A stretch of 64,000 nucleotides of DNA from Felis catus (taxonomy: Eukaryota): assembly GCF_018350175.1 (NCBI RefSeq), contig NC_058368.1, positions 194,496,001-194,560,000 of the forward strand, read 5' to 3'. The notes beneath the pieces were generated by a model. That model had not been told where the DNA came from. It saw only the letters and a list, made by a program, of their open reading frames with translations, and made no database searches. The position numbers and the translations under genes were made by a program. Below, one piece after another: positions 11,696 through 24,935 of the stretch (position 1 is the first letter of the stretch; the number at the start of each line of letters is the position of its first letter).

Positions 11696-12819
11696 GAAAA
11701 TGATCCATAGAAATGGAGGCATTTATTGCTTCATGAAGATATATTTTTTGATGCCATTTCACTTTGTTTACAATTTTTAGAGAATGTAACTCTCACTGGC
11801 AGCATTCAAATGTAAGATTTAAATGAGCTCTATATCAGGAAATGTGTCAGGTGTTTTTTGTAGTCATTTCCAACAGATAAACAAACTGCCCAAGATTGTA
11901 TCACCAACTGCTAGGATTTCATTAATAATGAAGGCACAAATATGCATTAAAGATTGTTTCTTTGTTACATGAAAGATTAATCAATATTATGATAGAGCAG
12001 TCAGCAAAACCACAAGGCTCCCAGGCTGCTAAGGATGACCAAGCATATTAATTGTCTTAAAAGGCCTTTGGCATGTCTTCATCTGTGGAATTAAATGTCT
12101 TCTTTTGGACTCTCAGAATTAGAAGACTTAGGAGGCTAAGGATCCAGGTAATGTGGTCATTCTAGCATAGACACGAAGCTCAGAGAGGAATGAAAAGAAG
12201 ATAAGCCTCAGGGGTACTCACCATTATACTATCTCCAACACATGTAGAAATGAATGTTTAGCTGTATTATGTGTCTGAACCTCAATATCAGATTTGGATC
12301 ATATATGGCTATTTACTAATCACTTAGACGAAGCACACAGTGGGTCATGTGCTTGACATTTTTATCAAGTAAAGCTTGTAACAATCCCCATTGGACAAAC
12401 GAGATAATTGAGTCTTAAAGAGGTAACTGAGTTGCCATTTATACAAAGAAGTGAGAGGACTAGTGGTCAAGGCAGGAAGTCTGACCTGGAACTGTTCTTA
12501 ATTGCTCTACATGCTATATTTTATCCACTTTCCCTTTCCAGTAAATGCTAAATATACACCAAGTGGCAGACATTGATCTAGACCTAAAAACACAATGAAT
12601 AACAAGTACACCCTTATTCTCAATCTGTTGAATTTATGGGGATTCAAATTTACCCACTAAAAGAAAATTTATATTCATTCTTTCATTATCTATTCTTAAC
12701 CCTGGCCCTAACCAAATGGAGACATGCAGCCTATTTTGAATGCCTATGTAACTTAGAAAATTTATAGATAACTAGAACATGAAGGAGCCTTCAAGATCAT
12801 CTAGCCCAATGTGCCTTTC

Positions 12820-13065
12820 AACTATCAACATTTATTGAGACTTTTCCAGCTACTGTGCTAAGAGCTTTACATTTATCATCTTATTTAACCTTCCCAAGAA
12901 CGTCACAAGAAATGGGCACTATTATAATCCCCATTCCATAGAAGAAAAATACATTGAAACAGAGAAGTTAAATAACTTACCCAAGGTCACACAGCTAATA
13001 AATGTTGAAGATGAGGTTTAATTCCATTCTAAATTTAGACCTCCGACTCTTAGCTACAAATCTAT
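12820..13065 (-). mobile_element. MIR
   Basis: cagagaagttaaataacttacccaaggtcacacagctaataa. Confidence 0.8.
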
Positions 13066-13549
13066 ACCACCAATCTAAAGCAAAAAAAAAAAAAAAAAAA
13101 AAGACAAGTGACTAGTCCAAGATAAAACAGTGAGTGGCAGGGTTGATATTTGGACTGATTTCTCCTGACTACAATTTCAGTTCACATATCTCACTACATT
13201 TGAATGAATGAGGAGAATCTATAATCTGGATAATTCAGAAAACAAAGCAAAATCTAAAAATAGCATAATTCTTACATACATAATATTAGTCTTTGTGTCT
13301 ACTAAAGAAGATTTTATCAATAGGTTTATATCTACTTGATTAGCTATAAAATTACCTTATACTCCCTACATATGGACCGATTTTTGACAGAAAGGCATAG
13401 CTTTAAGACATGCCTAGGTAACTGTTACATGGTTCATGCTGAGTAGAAAAAAAATTAAAGTCACACGTTGACATGAATTGAAGAAATATCTAAGAATCTA
13501 GTCTTAATCTGCCCCCTGTAATTTTTATTTACTGGAGCTTTCATTGCAG

Positions 13550-13989
13550 TGTAGTGTAAAATAAAACAAAAATTGCACTAGGAACTTGTTAAAAATGGTG
13601 AGGAAGACTCTATGTAAGACCACTGTAATAAGGGATAGACTACTGCAATAGGGGAGAGAGACTGAACTCAACTCAAACACAACAGAACCCAGTGGGGATT
13701 TATGGCCAATGGTCAGGGTGAGGGAGTGGATGCAAAATTACTAAGAGGAACTTGGTTAAGTATCAAGGGCGGGGGAGGGGAAGCAGAACTTCTTTAGATA
13801 AAGGGCAGAATTAAAGAACTTGATCGGATGTCAATGGGAAGAAGGATGCTCTATAAACTGGCTTAGCAGGATCCACTGCTAAAACTGGACTTAGAGTCCC
13901 AAAGATGGGGGCCAAGGAGAGACTTTATCAAAAAGAAGGCTCAAAGGAGCCTGACTAAAGTTTGGTCAAGGAGAGATTCCTTGTCTACA
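13550..13989 (-). mobile_element. Solo LTR, ERVL-like (family uncertain)
   Basis: TG...CA ends; tgcaataggggagagagactgaactcaactc...ggggatttatggcc motif recalled from old eutherian LTRs. Confidence 0.6.
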
Positions 13990-14211
13990 GTGCCTAGGAG
14001 TTGAGAATGGCAATAGGAGGAACCTGTGGCAAAAAGAGAGACTTTCCAAGTGTTACATAGTGCTGAGGCCTGGAATATGATTCTTAGAAAAGTTATGACT
14101 TTTCTTAACTTCTCCTATCCATCCTCTTTTCAACTATTTTCTTCTCAACTATTTTCCCCAGAAGTCTTCCCATGACCATCTTTTCTTTTATTTATAAATT
14201 CCCTCAGGGCT

Positions 14212-14253
14212 TGCATTAGTCAGGATTCTCTAGAGAAATAGAGCCAGTAAGAT

Positions 14254-14293
<40 letters not shown>

Positions 14294-14720
14294 AACAGAA
14301 GAAATTGGCTCATGTTATTATGAAAACTGAGAAGACTAAGAATCTGTGGTAACCAAGCTGGAGACCCAAGACAGCTAGCGGTAGAGTTCCAGTCTGAGTC
14401 TGAAGGCCTGAGAACCAGTAGGGACAAGCCAATGGCATAATTTCCAGTCCAAGGATGGAAGACCAGTGGTCCAGTGCAATCAAGCAGGCAAACTTCCCTC
14501 TTACTCAACCTTTTTGGTCTATTCGGGTCTTCAATTGATTGGATGAGACCAACCCACATCAGAGAGGGCAATCTTCTTTACTCAGTCTGCTCATTCAAAT
14601 GGATCCAAATGTTAATCTCATCCAAGAAACACCCTCATGGATACACCCAGAATAATGTTTGACCGAATGTTTGGGCACTGCATGACCCAGTCAAGTTGAC
14701 ATGTAAAATTAACCATCACA
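14212..14720 (-). mobile_element. MLT2 solo LTR containing a (CA)n tract
   Basis: tgcattagtcaggattctctagagaaa start; cagtcaagttgacatgtaaaattaaccatcaca end. Confidence 0.85.
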
Positions 14721-15049
14721 GGACTCATGAGTACTTTCACACAATCACTTCTGTGGCTCCTGGAAATTATTCTCTAGTAATTTTTTCTGTAGGATAAGTA
14801 TGATTCATGCTTAGCATGAATAGGGTCCTACCCCTGCCCCCTACCCACCCTTCTATAGTCACCAGAAACACCTTATCTCTAGGTCTTAAATTTCTACCTC
14901 AAAAGATCACCTCTCTTTTAAATTACAAATTCTTGTAAACTATTAACATCTGTATATTTATTAATTTATATATATTTTTTCCCTTAAGGGAAAAAATCAA
15001 GATATTACAGAAAAGCAAATAATTTTTGTATGTTAGCTTTGCTTAGATC

Positions 15050-15227
15050 TGTGGTCCTCCAAGTCAGAGACATTTTTTATTGTCACAAAGAGAGGAGCTA
15101 TTTGTGACATCTAGTGAGTAGAGGCCGGGAGTGATTTTCAACATCCTCGAATGTCCAAGACAGCATTCACCCAACAAAAAGAATCCTCAGACCCAAAATG
15201 TCAATAGTGCTGAGACTGAGGAACTCT
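15050..15227 (+). mobile_element. MER20-like hAT MITE
   Basis: catctagtgagtagaggccgggag...cccaaaatgtcaatagtgctgag. Confidence 0.75.
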
Positions 15228-15545
15228 TATCTAAAGGAAAAAGAGTTGGACCCCCTTAGCACAGAACTTGATCATTTGTTGGGAAAGAATGTCCAAGCTA
15301 CAAAGGAGAGTAAAGAGTATAATCCAACTGCCTCTTTTTGTTGACAAGAAAACTACAATTCAGGATTTAAATGCCTGAGGTGTTGCAGCTGGTCAACACA
15401 GAGGAAGGACCAGAATCATGTCTACTGACACCAGTACAAGACAGATTCTGGTCACCACATCCATAAAATAAAAATCCCATTAACTATTAAATGCTGTTGA
15501 GTAATTTTTCAAAAGAGAAATAAGTTAAAATGTGAAATCTGCATC

Positions 15546-16005
15546 TGTGTTAGGCAGCCTATTAAACGGATCCCTATAATGATACCTATATTTTGGTACT
15601 CATGTCCTAGGTATCCCCCTCCCCTTGAGTGTGGGTTGGACTTTAATGACTTGCTTCTAACAAATAGAATATGAGAGAAATGACTGACATCACTTCCAAG
15701 AGTAGGTTATGAAAAGACTCTGCCTTCTCTACTGAGCAGGCTCTTCCTCCCTCTTTACATAGCATTCTCTGGAGAAGCTAGCTGTCAGTGAGTTTGGAAG
15801 CAGATCCTAACCCAGTCAAGCCTTGAAGGGACTGCAGGCCTGTGGACACCCTGATTGCAGCCTCATGAGAAATTCTGAGCCAGGGTTATCAGCTGAGCTG
15901 TGCCCAGATTCTTGACCCATAGAAACTATGAGGGAAGAAAGATGCATTATTTTAAGGTTATTTATTTATTTTGAGAAAGAGAGTATGACCATAATCAGGG
16001 TAAGG

Positions 16006-16050
<45 letters not shown>

Positions 16051-16222
16051 GAGAATCCCAAACAGGGTCTGCACTGTCAGCACAGAGCCCGATGCAGGGC
16101 TTGAACTTAAAAACCATGAGCCAAAACCAAGAGTCAGCTGCTTAACTGACTGAGCCACCCACATGCCCCAAAGATGCATTATTTTAACCCACTAAGTTTT
16201 ACAGTAAATTGTTATGTTACTG
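15546..16222 (+). mobile_element. MLT1 (MaLR) solo LTR, interrupted by a CanSINE
   Basis: taggcagcct start; gacttgcttctaacaaatagaatatg; cagattcttgacccatagaaact; ccactaagtttt...ttgttatg end. Confidence 0.8.
15956..16169 (-). mobile_element. CanSINE with (GA)n tract
   Basis: 18-bp TSD aaagatgcattattttaa at 15938-15955 and 16170-16187. Confidence 0.93.
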
Positions 16223-16802
16223 TTATTATAATAAAAATGTGAAAGTCTTGAAATTGTTTAAGAGGAGAATGATTCAAGTGTTAGTGTATCTTTATAACCC
16301 AGGAATTTTCAAACCATCTTTGGACTATCTTACTGAATTGAATTGAATTGAATTGAACATAATGAAACAACCATTAAAGAATTAACACTAATGTCATTCA
16401 GCCTCTGGGCATATGTGTTGCTGATAAAACAATTTTAATTTGTATGTTTTTAATTCCTGGGTATTACAGGGAAAAAGGGAAATAAAAGCTGTGTTTGTTC
16501 ATAATTCCTATTGTGTTTGTTTATACACTAGAAGAAACTGTCACCTACAAAATAAAAGACATAAAATAACATCTAGTTGGTATTGTTTTCACTTATACAT
16601 ATAATGTATTTGCAGAGGAAATACAGAAGACTCCCTAGAGATACTGAAAAAATACTTTACTACCCCCAAGTGGACACATATGTTATTTTTACAGAAATAA
16701 AATACAAAATTGCCATTGTTTTCCAACAACAACAAAAACATGGCATGCAATGATTATACATCAGACTTAGGATTTCAGAACTGGTAAGGACTTTAAAATT
16801 TA

Positions 16803-16990
16803 TGAGGGTGGGTGGGGGTAGAGGAGAGGAGAAAATGGGTGATGGACACTGAGGAGGACACTTGTTGGGATGAGCACTGGGTGTTGTATATAAGTGATGA
16901 ACCACGGGAATCTACCCCCAAAACTAAGAGCACACTTTGCACACTGTATGTTAGCTAATTTGACAATAAATTATATTAAAATAAAGTTTA
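16803..16990 (+). mobile_element. 5'-truncated carnivore/felid L1 3' end
   Basis: cacttgttgggatgagcactgggtgttgtat...cacactgtatgttagctaatttgacaataaatt. Confidence 0.85.
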
Positions 16991-17319
16991 AAACCCTAGA
17001 ACTGGTGAGATATTTGAATTCCCTCCACAACCTATCTTAGACTTGTACATTTTAGTTATGTAAGTTTGCTGCCTGCCAAGGCAGCTCATTCTCTTTGCAG
17101 ATAGCTCTATTTTAGTTGTTCTAGTAAATCTTCATCTCTCTTATAAACAGTCTGCAAACTCGTTGAGCTCTCTCATGTCATCTAATATTCATAATGTTTT
17201 GGAAAAAATAATTTCCAGAAAAGGAGATGTTATAACTTCCCAGAAAGCATATTCAGATAACCCAAAGAACTGAATCTTAGGCTGTCTGAGGTCTTACCCT
17301 AAAAGCTCCTCCAAATATT

Positions 17320-17527
17320 GGGACACCTGGGTGGCTCAGTCAGTTGAGCGTTCAACTCTTGATTTTGGCTCAGATCATGATATGAGCCACAGTTCATGAG
17401 CTTGAGCCCTGCCTTTGGCTCTATACTGACCATGAGGAGCCTGCCTGGGATTCTCTCTCCCTCTCTCTCTGCCTCTCCCTGATTCATTCTCTTTAAACAA
17501 ATAAACAAACAAACTTAAAAAAAAAGA
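17320..17527 (+). mobile_element. CanSINE
   Basis: TSD ctcctccaaata at 17306-17317 and 17528-17539. Confidence 0.92.
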
Positions 17528-17849
17528 CTCCTCCAAATACTTTTTTTTTTTTTAATGAAAATGACTCAACTGTTCATAACATACAATGAATGCCTATAAT
17601 CTTTAAGACTTCCAAATTTTCCTAGGTCCAATTTGTTAACCATGCCTCTGAGAGTTAAGTTTGCTCAAATATAAAACTAAAAGTCTAGAACATCTGCTTA
17701 CCTGTGTCAGAGGTTTCCCAAGAAGATATTTGATTTTGGAGTAAAATGCAAACTTAGTTCCCCAGCCTGGAGTTCTATTCCAACCCTCTCTGCTGAGTTG
17801 GGTAGGATTGCATGTCAGCTTAAAGACTCCATTTGTACCCACTAAATAA

Positions 17850-17878
17850 AGTAGAAAAGAAATATAATTGATATGCTA

Positions 17879-17923
<45 letters not shown>

Positions 17924-18380
17924 ATGGATCATATAAAATACTCAATTACAATCACAAAAGGCAAAAGAAAAAAAGAATGGAAGACAAAAACAGGAACAAA
18001 GAGCAAGGGCAAGAAACAGAAAACAGTAGGAATATGACACATAGATATTAATCCATTTGTACCAATGATCACATTAAATGTCAAAGGTCTACATGCAATT
18101 AAAAGACAGAGATTGTCAGAGTGGATCCAAAAACATGACCCAACTGTAGGTTGTCTACAAGAAATCCATGCTAAATGTAAACACACACGTAAATTAAAAG
18201 TAAATGGGCAGAAACAAATATACCATGATAACACCAATCAGAATAAAGCAAAAATAACTATATTAATTTCAGACATAACAGACTTCAAAGTAAGGAAAGT
18301 TATTAGCGATAAAGAAGAGTGAAAGTGGACTTAGCTTTTTTGTAAATATATATTGCAAACTCTAGGAAAACCACTTAAAA
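17850..18380 (+). mobile_element. Old L1M fragment covering the ORF2 endonuclease N-terminus
   Basis: ORF 18065-18322 ITLNVKGLHAIKRQRLSEWIQKHDPTVGCLQE matches the L1 APE endonuclease start; (CA)n at 17881-17917. Confidence 0.88.
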
Positions 18381-18430
18381 ATGATAGTTTAAAAGAAGAC
18401 TTCTTTTGCTTCTCCAGCCAGTGTCAAGAC

Positions 18431-18616
18431 AGTTGATCCTCAAAATATGACCAACGGACTACCTTATTTGGAACTACTTGGGGAGTTTGTTAAAACAAGG
18501 CAGATTCTTGAACCTGCTAAATGGAACCTCTGAGGTGGAATACAAATACAGGAATATGAATTATTATTAAGTATCTCCAAGAATTCTTATACCTACTAAA
18601 GTCTGAGGACCACTGG
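18431..18616. mobile_element. MER5A-like MITE
   Basis: ttgttaaaacaaggcagattctt and aaagtctgaggaccactg terminus. Confidence 0.6.
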
Positions 18617-19581
18617 CTTAGGCCAACTTTCTCTAAGGGTGTGTCCTAGAAGATTCATGGTGGTCTCACAATGAATTCCATAAAAAAAACAAAAAAATGT
18701 GGAAGTCAGAAAAGTTAGGGAAAATCAGAAAATTGTAAAGAAAGACACACTACAGCATCCTCTCACCATGCCAGGGCACTTCTTTAATTGTCTCCACCAA
18801 CAGCAAAGAAGGAGGAATTGCACGTGGGAAGGAATTACATATCCAATTGTTCAGAGTTCCGGAATACTGACTGGACCATTGTTAGTATCAGATACAAACA
18901 CTGCACCTTGAAAGTATAAACAAGATTCTATTCTCTCTCTTACACTTCCATTTACAAACTGGTGCTTTTGTGCAGGCATGACTCTGATCATTCTCTCATC
19001 TTTCCCAAGCACATAATTTAGGCTAGGACCCGATCTGCAAAGCTGCCATACTGCTCCCCAACAATCCCCTTAGAATGCCCTTTATCCATGAGTCTAACAT
19101 GAGACGGTAATACCCCAAGATTTAAGTCAGGGGGAGGGTAGGAAGCACTTTATGTAACTTACATTACAAGTTGTGTGTTTCACTGTCACCATTTGCAGGA
19201 GAGCTCTGCAGTGAGGGACTAGACACTTGAGCAGCTGTTAATACTGTGGCATTTTGGTCTCACTCTATTTTTCTGTGTGGATATTACTTGTCCAGAGACC
19301 TCATGGAAAGAAGAGGTGTCTTTCAGGCCAGAATTTAGGCATTTTTAGAAATCAAAACCATTGTACCATCTTAATTCTCTAAGATTTTATTCTGAAACCT
19401 ACAAGGTACATTTTATCCCCTTTTAGAGACTCACATCCATAGTGAAATATTAAAGGCTCTGTAAAGTCCTACAGTGAGGAAATAAGCTTACTCTTGTTTA
19501 ATTTAGAGTTTCCATGCCTGTGTGTTCATTACCACTGAGGTAATGTCACTGAAGGCAATTTTGGGAAATGTTAGTACAGAC

Positions 19582-20045
19582 CAGGGGGTGAGCAAACTTT
19601 TCTGAAAATGGCCAGATACTAAACATTTTAGGATTTTGAACTAAAAAAACAGTGTAAACTAATTCCTTTTTGCAACTACTCAACACTGTTGTTGTAGCAT
19701 TAAAGCAGCCACTGACAATATGTAAACAAATTAGCATGGCTATGGTCCAATAAAACTTTATTTACACTAATAGATAGTAAGCCAGGTTTGGCCCCTAAGT
19801 TCTTGGTTTTTTGTTTATTTTGCTTTGTTTTTAAAGTTTATTTTGAGAGAGAAAGAGAAAAAAAGCACAAGCGTGGAAGGGGCAGAGAGAGAGGGAGAGG
19901 GCAGGAAAGAGAATCCCACATAGACTCCACACTGACAGTGTGGAGCCCAACACCTGGCTCAAACCCACAAACCTGAGCTGAAGTCAGATGCTTAACTGAC
20001 TGAGCCACTCAGGTGCCCCATGGCCCATAAGTTAATGTTTGCTGG
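19582..20045 (+). mobile_element. MER58-like hAT MITE interrupted by a CanSINE
   Basis: caggggg...gcaaacttttctgaaaatggccagata...ccaataaaactttatttac. Confidence 0.75.
19802..20019 (-). mobile_element. CanSINE
   Basis: TSD tggccc(c/a)taagtt at 19789-19801 and 20021-20033. Confidence 0.9.
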
Positions 20046-20171
20046 TCATTAGTAGAAACTAAAAACAGTCAAAGGATTGCTTCTTTTCTTTCTTTCTTTT
20101 TTTTTTTTTTTTACATTTTCTTCTGTCCACAGCCTGATAATATACATATATTTTTAAGATCTTACTTCTTT

Positions 20172-20617
20172 GGGGTGCCTGGGTGGCTCAGTCGGTTGAG
20201 CGTCTGACCTCGGCTCAGGTCACGATCTCACAGTTTGTGGGTTCAAGCCCCATGTCAGGCCCTGTGCTGACAGCCCGGATCCCGGAGCCTGCTTCAGATT
20301 CTGTGTCTCCCTCTCTCTCTGCCCCTCCCCCACTCTCACTCTGTCTGTCTCTCAAAAATAAATAAACATTTGGGGCGCCTGGGTGGCGCAGTCGGTTAAG
20401 CGTCCGACTTCAGCCAGGTCACGATCTCGCGGTCGGTGAGTTCGAGCCTCGCGTCAGGCTCTGGGCTGATGGCTCGGAGCCTGGAGCCTGTTTCCGATTC
20501 TGTGTCTCCCCCTCTCTCTGCCCCTCCCCCGTTCATGCTCTGTCTCTCTCTGTCCCAAAAATAAATAAAAACGTTGAAAAAAAAATTTTTTTTAAATAAA
20601 TAAACATTAAAAAAAAT
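20172..20617 (+). mobile_element. Older CanSINE with a younger CanSINE (20372-20593) nested in its tail
   Basis: Outer TSD taagatctta(c/t)ttcttt at 20155-20171 and 20618-20634; inner TSD aaataaataaacatt at 20356-20370 and 20594-20608. Confidence 0.95.
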
Positions 20618-21289
20618 TAAGATCTTATTTCTTTGCTAAGGAAAAATACAAAAAGAATTGATTCCTCATTCTAAACTGAATCAATTAGAGTTGGTTTTTT
20701 GCCTTGTTTTTTATTGTTTTAATTTTCTCTCTCTCCTCCCTTCTCACTGCCCCCCTCTCTCCTCCTCTCTCCTCCCCCACCTCTCTCTCTTTTTTTTTTT
20801 TTTTTTTCAATCTTTAATTAAGAGTTCTGGCCAGGACAACCGGCTTTCTGGAAAGTGAAATTCAAAAGCACTGGGCAGAAACCCAAAAAGAATATCATGG
20901 CCAAGAAAGGATGGGAATAAGAAGGAGCAATTCTAAAAGGGACAAGAGAGACTTCGCCTAGGACAAATCTACAGGTTTTCCCTTTATTGCTTTCCTCTAG
21001 AACTTACTATTAGCAATATGGGCTGGCTGGTCCTTAGAGTCCCTTTCATCCCTGATCCATAGTGAGTTCTTTCTCCTCACCCAGCACAGAGAGAGATTAA
21101 AGAAGCAGAAAGAGAAGATAGTGGAGAGAGGAGGTCTTCTTAACTGAAAGACCTCAAGCTTCCACTTAAGATTAGAGTGAGTGACCAATAATTACCAATA
21201 AATCCATTGCCTTCTATCTTTCCTTATAAGTGTTGGTTTTGAATTTCAATCCATTAAGTAATCATTTTTATGCAAAATAATACTTTCTT

Positions 21290-22365
21290 TCTCCACTTAT
21301 CTGCCCCTTTTTTATAGTAAAATTCCATCACAGTCTATATTCTCTGCCCCCACTTTTCATCTTCCATCTTTTCTTGGAATCTCTCTGGTCAGGATTTTGT
21401 CTGTACTACTCCAGGGAAACCATATTTTTTCAGCCCACCAATGACTAGCAAGTCTGTTTGCTCAACTCCTCCAAAGCATTCATTTATTTGGTCCTCCTCC
21501 TTATTGAAACACTTTCTTGAGGTGCCTGGATGGCCTAGCTGGTTAAGCGTCTGACTCTTGATTCCAGCTTAGGTCACTGACAGTGAAGAGCCTACCTGGG
21601 ATTCTCTCTCTCCCTCTCTCTCTCAAAATAAATAAACATTTTTGAAAAAAGGAAAAAAGAAAGAAAGAAACACTTTCTTCACCTGGCTCCCTGGATGCTA
21701 CACTCATCACTGATCTTGCAGCCACTTATGAAACACCTCTTCACTATCACGCTAATCCTCCCTTGTCTGATCTATCAAACAGCTTCTTAACTGTTTTTTT
21801 TTGGTTCCACATTCCTTCCCCACAGACTATTCTCTACACAGAACATGGAGTGAGAGCTGATTTGATGATTTAAAGAATCTTGATCTGTTCAAAATCTATT
21901 AATGCGCACTAACAAAATGTAAAAGTACCATGCAGCCTACAGAGGCCCTGCGTGAAATGTGGTCCCAATTCCACTCCATCCACATAATAGTCTTCTTCTG
22001 GTTCATTACCATCTCATGGCCTTTGTGCCTGCTGTCCTCTCTGCCCAAAGCATACTTTTCCCAGATGTTTTACGGCTTACATCTTCATTTCAGCAGCTCT
22101 CTATTCAAATATCACATTTCAGAAAAGGCTTCCCTGACCAACACTCCCTCTTTGCTATGTATCTCCCTTACTCTACTTTAATTTTCTTCAAAACGCTTAT
22201 CACATCTTAATAATTTCATGTATTTACTTGTGGGGTGGTCTGTCTGTCCCAGTAAAAGATAAGTCTCACGAGGGCAGGGACTCTGTCTGTGTGTTTACTA
22301 CTTTATCCTCAGCACCTGGAACATTGCCTAGAACACAGATGTTCAGTAAATATTTGTTAAATGAG
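21290..22365 (+). mobile_element. L2 3' region (fragmented)
   Basis: tttgtgcctgctgtcctctctgcc...cagcacctggaacattgcctag...cagtaaatatttgttaaatga. Confidence 0.7.
21519..21666 (+). mobile_element. Internally deleted CanSINE
   Basis: TSD gaaacactttctt at 21506-21518 and 21667-21679; body jumps from aggtca to ctgacagtg. Confidence 0.88.
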
Positions 22366-23354
22366 CTGAGCACTGGGATATAAAATACTTATGAGACCTA
22401 ATATTTAGTTTTAATAGGGTTCTTAAATCTAGTTCAAAGTATGGAATAGGAAATAATGGAGAGTCATGCATACAATTACAAAGATAAAAGGGTATTTTCT
22501 ATTAAAAAAAATAAAAATTTTTGAGAGCATGGTTAAGTTAGAAATTACCTCTAATTAGGCAAAGGCTTTATAGTGAAGATGAAATTAAGCTGAACATTAG
22601 ACAATGTATAGTATTTTGTTTGAAAGAAGAGGAAGAAGGAACAGCATAAAAAATGTGATGGAGGTTAAAAAATGTCCATTCTTTCATTTAATTAATATTT
22701 ATTGATTTTCTATTATGAGCTTGTTAAGCATTGCTCTTAAAGCTGGGGATTCAGTAATGAATAAAACAGAGAATACAAATTACAGCCTCCAAAAGTTTAC
22801 ATTGTAGTGGGAAGAGTTAATCCATAGTAAAACAGACAAAGAAATTTACCAAACAATTTCAAAACACAAATTAAGCAGTGTCATAACACATTGGAGGAGG
22901 AGACATAGAACTCAAAAGGATTGCACAAGAGGGAGAAGCACTGCTTGGGATGAACTTGTTATAGAAGTGCTCTCAGGGAAGTCTTGGGAACTAAAGTGTG
23001 AGAAGTGTGAAAAGCCAGCTCTGCACAGAGTTGAAGAGAAATCATACCAAGCCCAGGGCACAGACAACAGAGTCACTGGTACGCTTGCTGCCCATTTCTG
23101 GTTCTCCACCTCCAAGGATTTTCCTTCTTTGTTCTTCTATTGGATGGGGACTTGTGACTAATTCTAGCCTCTAAATTCAGAGCAGAAGTAATATGTATCA
23201 CTTAGTTGCTGATGTAAGATCTGCCACAGTTATGTTTTCTCCCTGGAACAACAACTAGCAATTGTTGGTAGGAATGGTAGCTGCTTCATCATTCCATGTT
23301 CTCAAATGGACAGCAAGAAGCAGAGCCCCTATGCTGATCCACAACAGACAGGTA

Positions 23355-23645
23355 ACAACATTCAGGTATAGTTTTAGTGTAGACATATGTTTTCATTTCT
23401 CTTGGGTGGGTATCTCCAAATGGAATTGCCCAGTCATGTAGTAACTCAATGTTTAACATTTTAAGAAACTGCCAAATTTTTCCAAAGTGACTGTACCATT
23501 TTATGTTCCCACCAGCATTGGGAAGGTTACATTTTTTTTTTTGCACCCTCACTGACACTCATTATTGTCTTTTTCATACGCTGGAATGGGTATGCGATGG
23601 TATGTCATTGTGGTTTTGACTTGTATGTCTTTAATGGCCAATGAA
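23355..23645 (-). mobile_element. Old L1M ORF2 3' fragment
   Basis: Minus ORF includes AGGNIKWYSHFGKIWQFLKMLNIELLHDWAIP, L1 ORF2 C-terminal-like. Confidence 0.8.
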
Positions 23646-23779
23646 CACATGATTTAACTGGCACTGGGCAAGAACGTATACAAGGAGACCATTGAAGAGG
23701 CTCCTTCCTAAGTCCAGAGGATAAGTGAAGATCAGGTGGTAATAATGAAGAGGGTATGAACTATAAACTCCTTTGTGGC

Positions 23780-24215
23780 ACAAAGGATTTGCACAAACAC
23801 TATGCTAAGAGATTTGACTAAACTTGAGCCTGGCTTCTACCTGTACTAGGCCATGTCCCTAAAGGTGACCCTAGCTCCATTGCAGAGTCTTTAGTCATAG
23901 AAAACACAATGCTGCCAAACTACAAAATGTGCATTGTTCCAACTCACACTGCCAAATCATTTTTGGTAATTCTCCACTTATTCCTTTCTGTAATTTTCCA
24001 CTTCCCACAGCCCCCAGTCCCTTTTTATCACCCTCCTTTCACTTCCCCATGGTCCTTCCTTGTTTCCTGTCATCACTTTAAAAATCTCAGTTACCTTTGT
24101 CTTAACCGGAGGTGAGCTCAGTTTATACTAGAGTTTCTATCCCCTGCTGAATAAAGCCTGAATAAAATCTGTCTTGTCACCTTTAATAAGTTTTTGGTAC
24201 TGTTGCTCTTTGACC
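23780..24215 (+). mobile_element. Probable ERV solo LTR
   Basis: Paired aataaa followed by tctgtcttgtcacctttaat...ctttgac, typical LTR R/U5 pattern. Confidence 0.45.
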
Positions 24216-24428
24216 AGAGAAAGAAGATATTTTTCAGAAACAGAAAGAAACACCATGATTCTAAGTCGGGAATGAAAGTAAGGAACATATCAAGGTTGAC
24301 TCCTGGGGTTTTGTCTTGAGTCGGTTCTGAGCGGACTTGGGTGGGTGAAGGTGCCATTTAATGATATGAGAAAGTTGGAGGGGCATGGAAGAAGAGGAAA
24401 GAAAAATTCAATATTTTTTTTCTGTTTT

Positions 24429-24634
24429 AATTTTTTTAAGTTTATTTATTTATTTTGAGAGAGAAAGAGAGCAAGCAGAGGAGGGGAAAAGAGAGAGGCA
24501 GAGAGAATCCCTAGCAAGCTCTGCACCATCAGCAGGGAGCCCAACATAGGGCTCAAACCCACAAAATATGAGATCATGACCTGAGCTGAAACCAAGAGTC
24601 AGGCATTTAACTGACTAAGCCACCCAGGCGCCCC
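24429..24634 (-). mobile_element. CanSINE
   Basis: T-rich tail, gagatcatgacctgagctgaaaccaagagtc, ending gccacccaggcgcccc. Confidence 0.9.
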
Positions 24635-24869
24635 CCAAAACTCTGTTTTGAAAATGGCATCTTACATTCAATTACACATAGTAAGGAGTCAGATGGATAT
24701 ATAAATCTGAACCACAGAAAAGAATACAGGATAAAGATTTGATGAAATCCTTCATCCATTTGATATTTAAAGCCATGTGGTAGATGAGATCATTGTAGGA
24801 GAATGTATAGGCAGAGCATGGTCTAGGACCAACCAGTGGGGAACGCTAACAATTAAAGGTAGGATTGAA

Positions 24870-24890
24870 ACAACAACAACAACAACAAAG

Positions 24891-24933
<43 letters not shown>

Positions 24934-24935
24934 AA
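24870..24935. repeat. (CAA)n followed by (TAAA)n microsatellite
   Basis: Seen directly. Confidence 0.9.

Noticed and set aside
18065..18322. Functional L1 endonuclease gene
   Set aside because: Short fragment with an early stop; no intact L1 or retroviral ORF is seen anywhere in the window.
20372..20460. tRNA-like A/B boxes
   Set aside because: tRNA-derived SINE heads, not tRNA genes.
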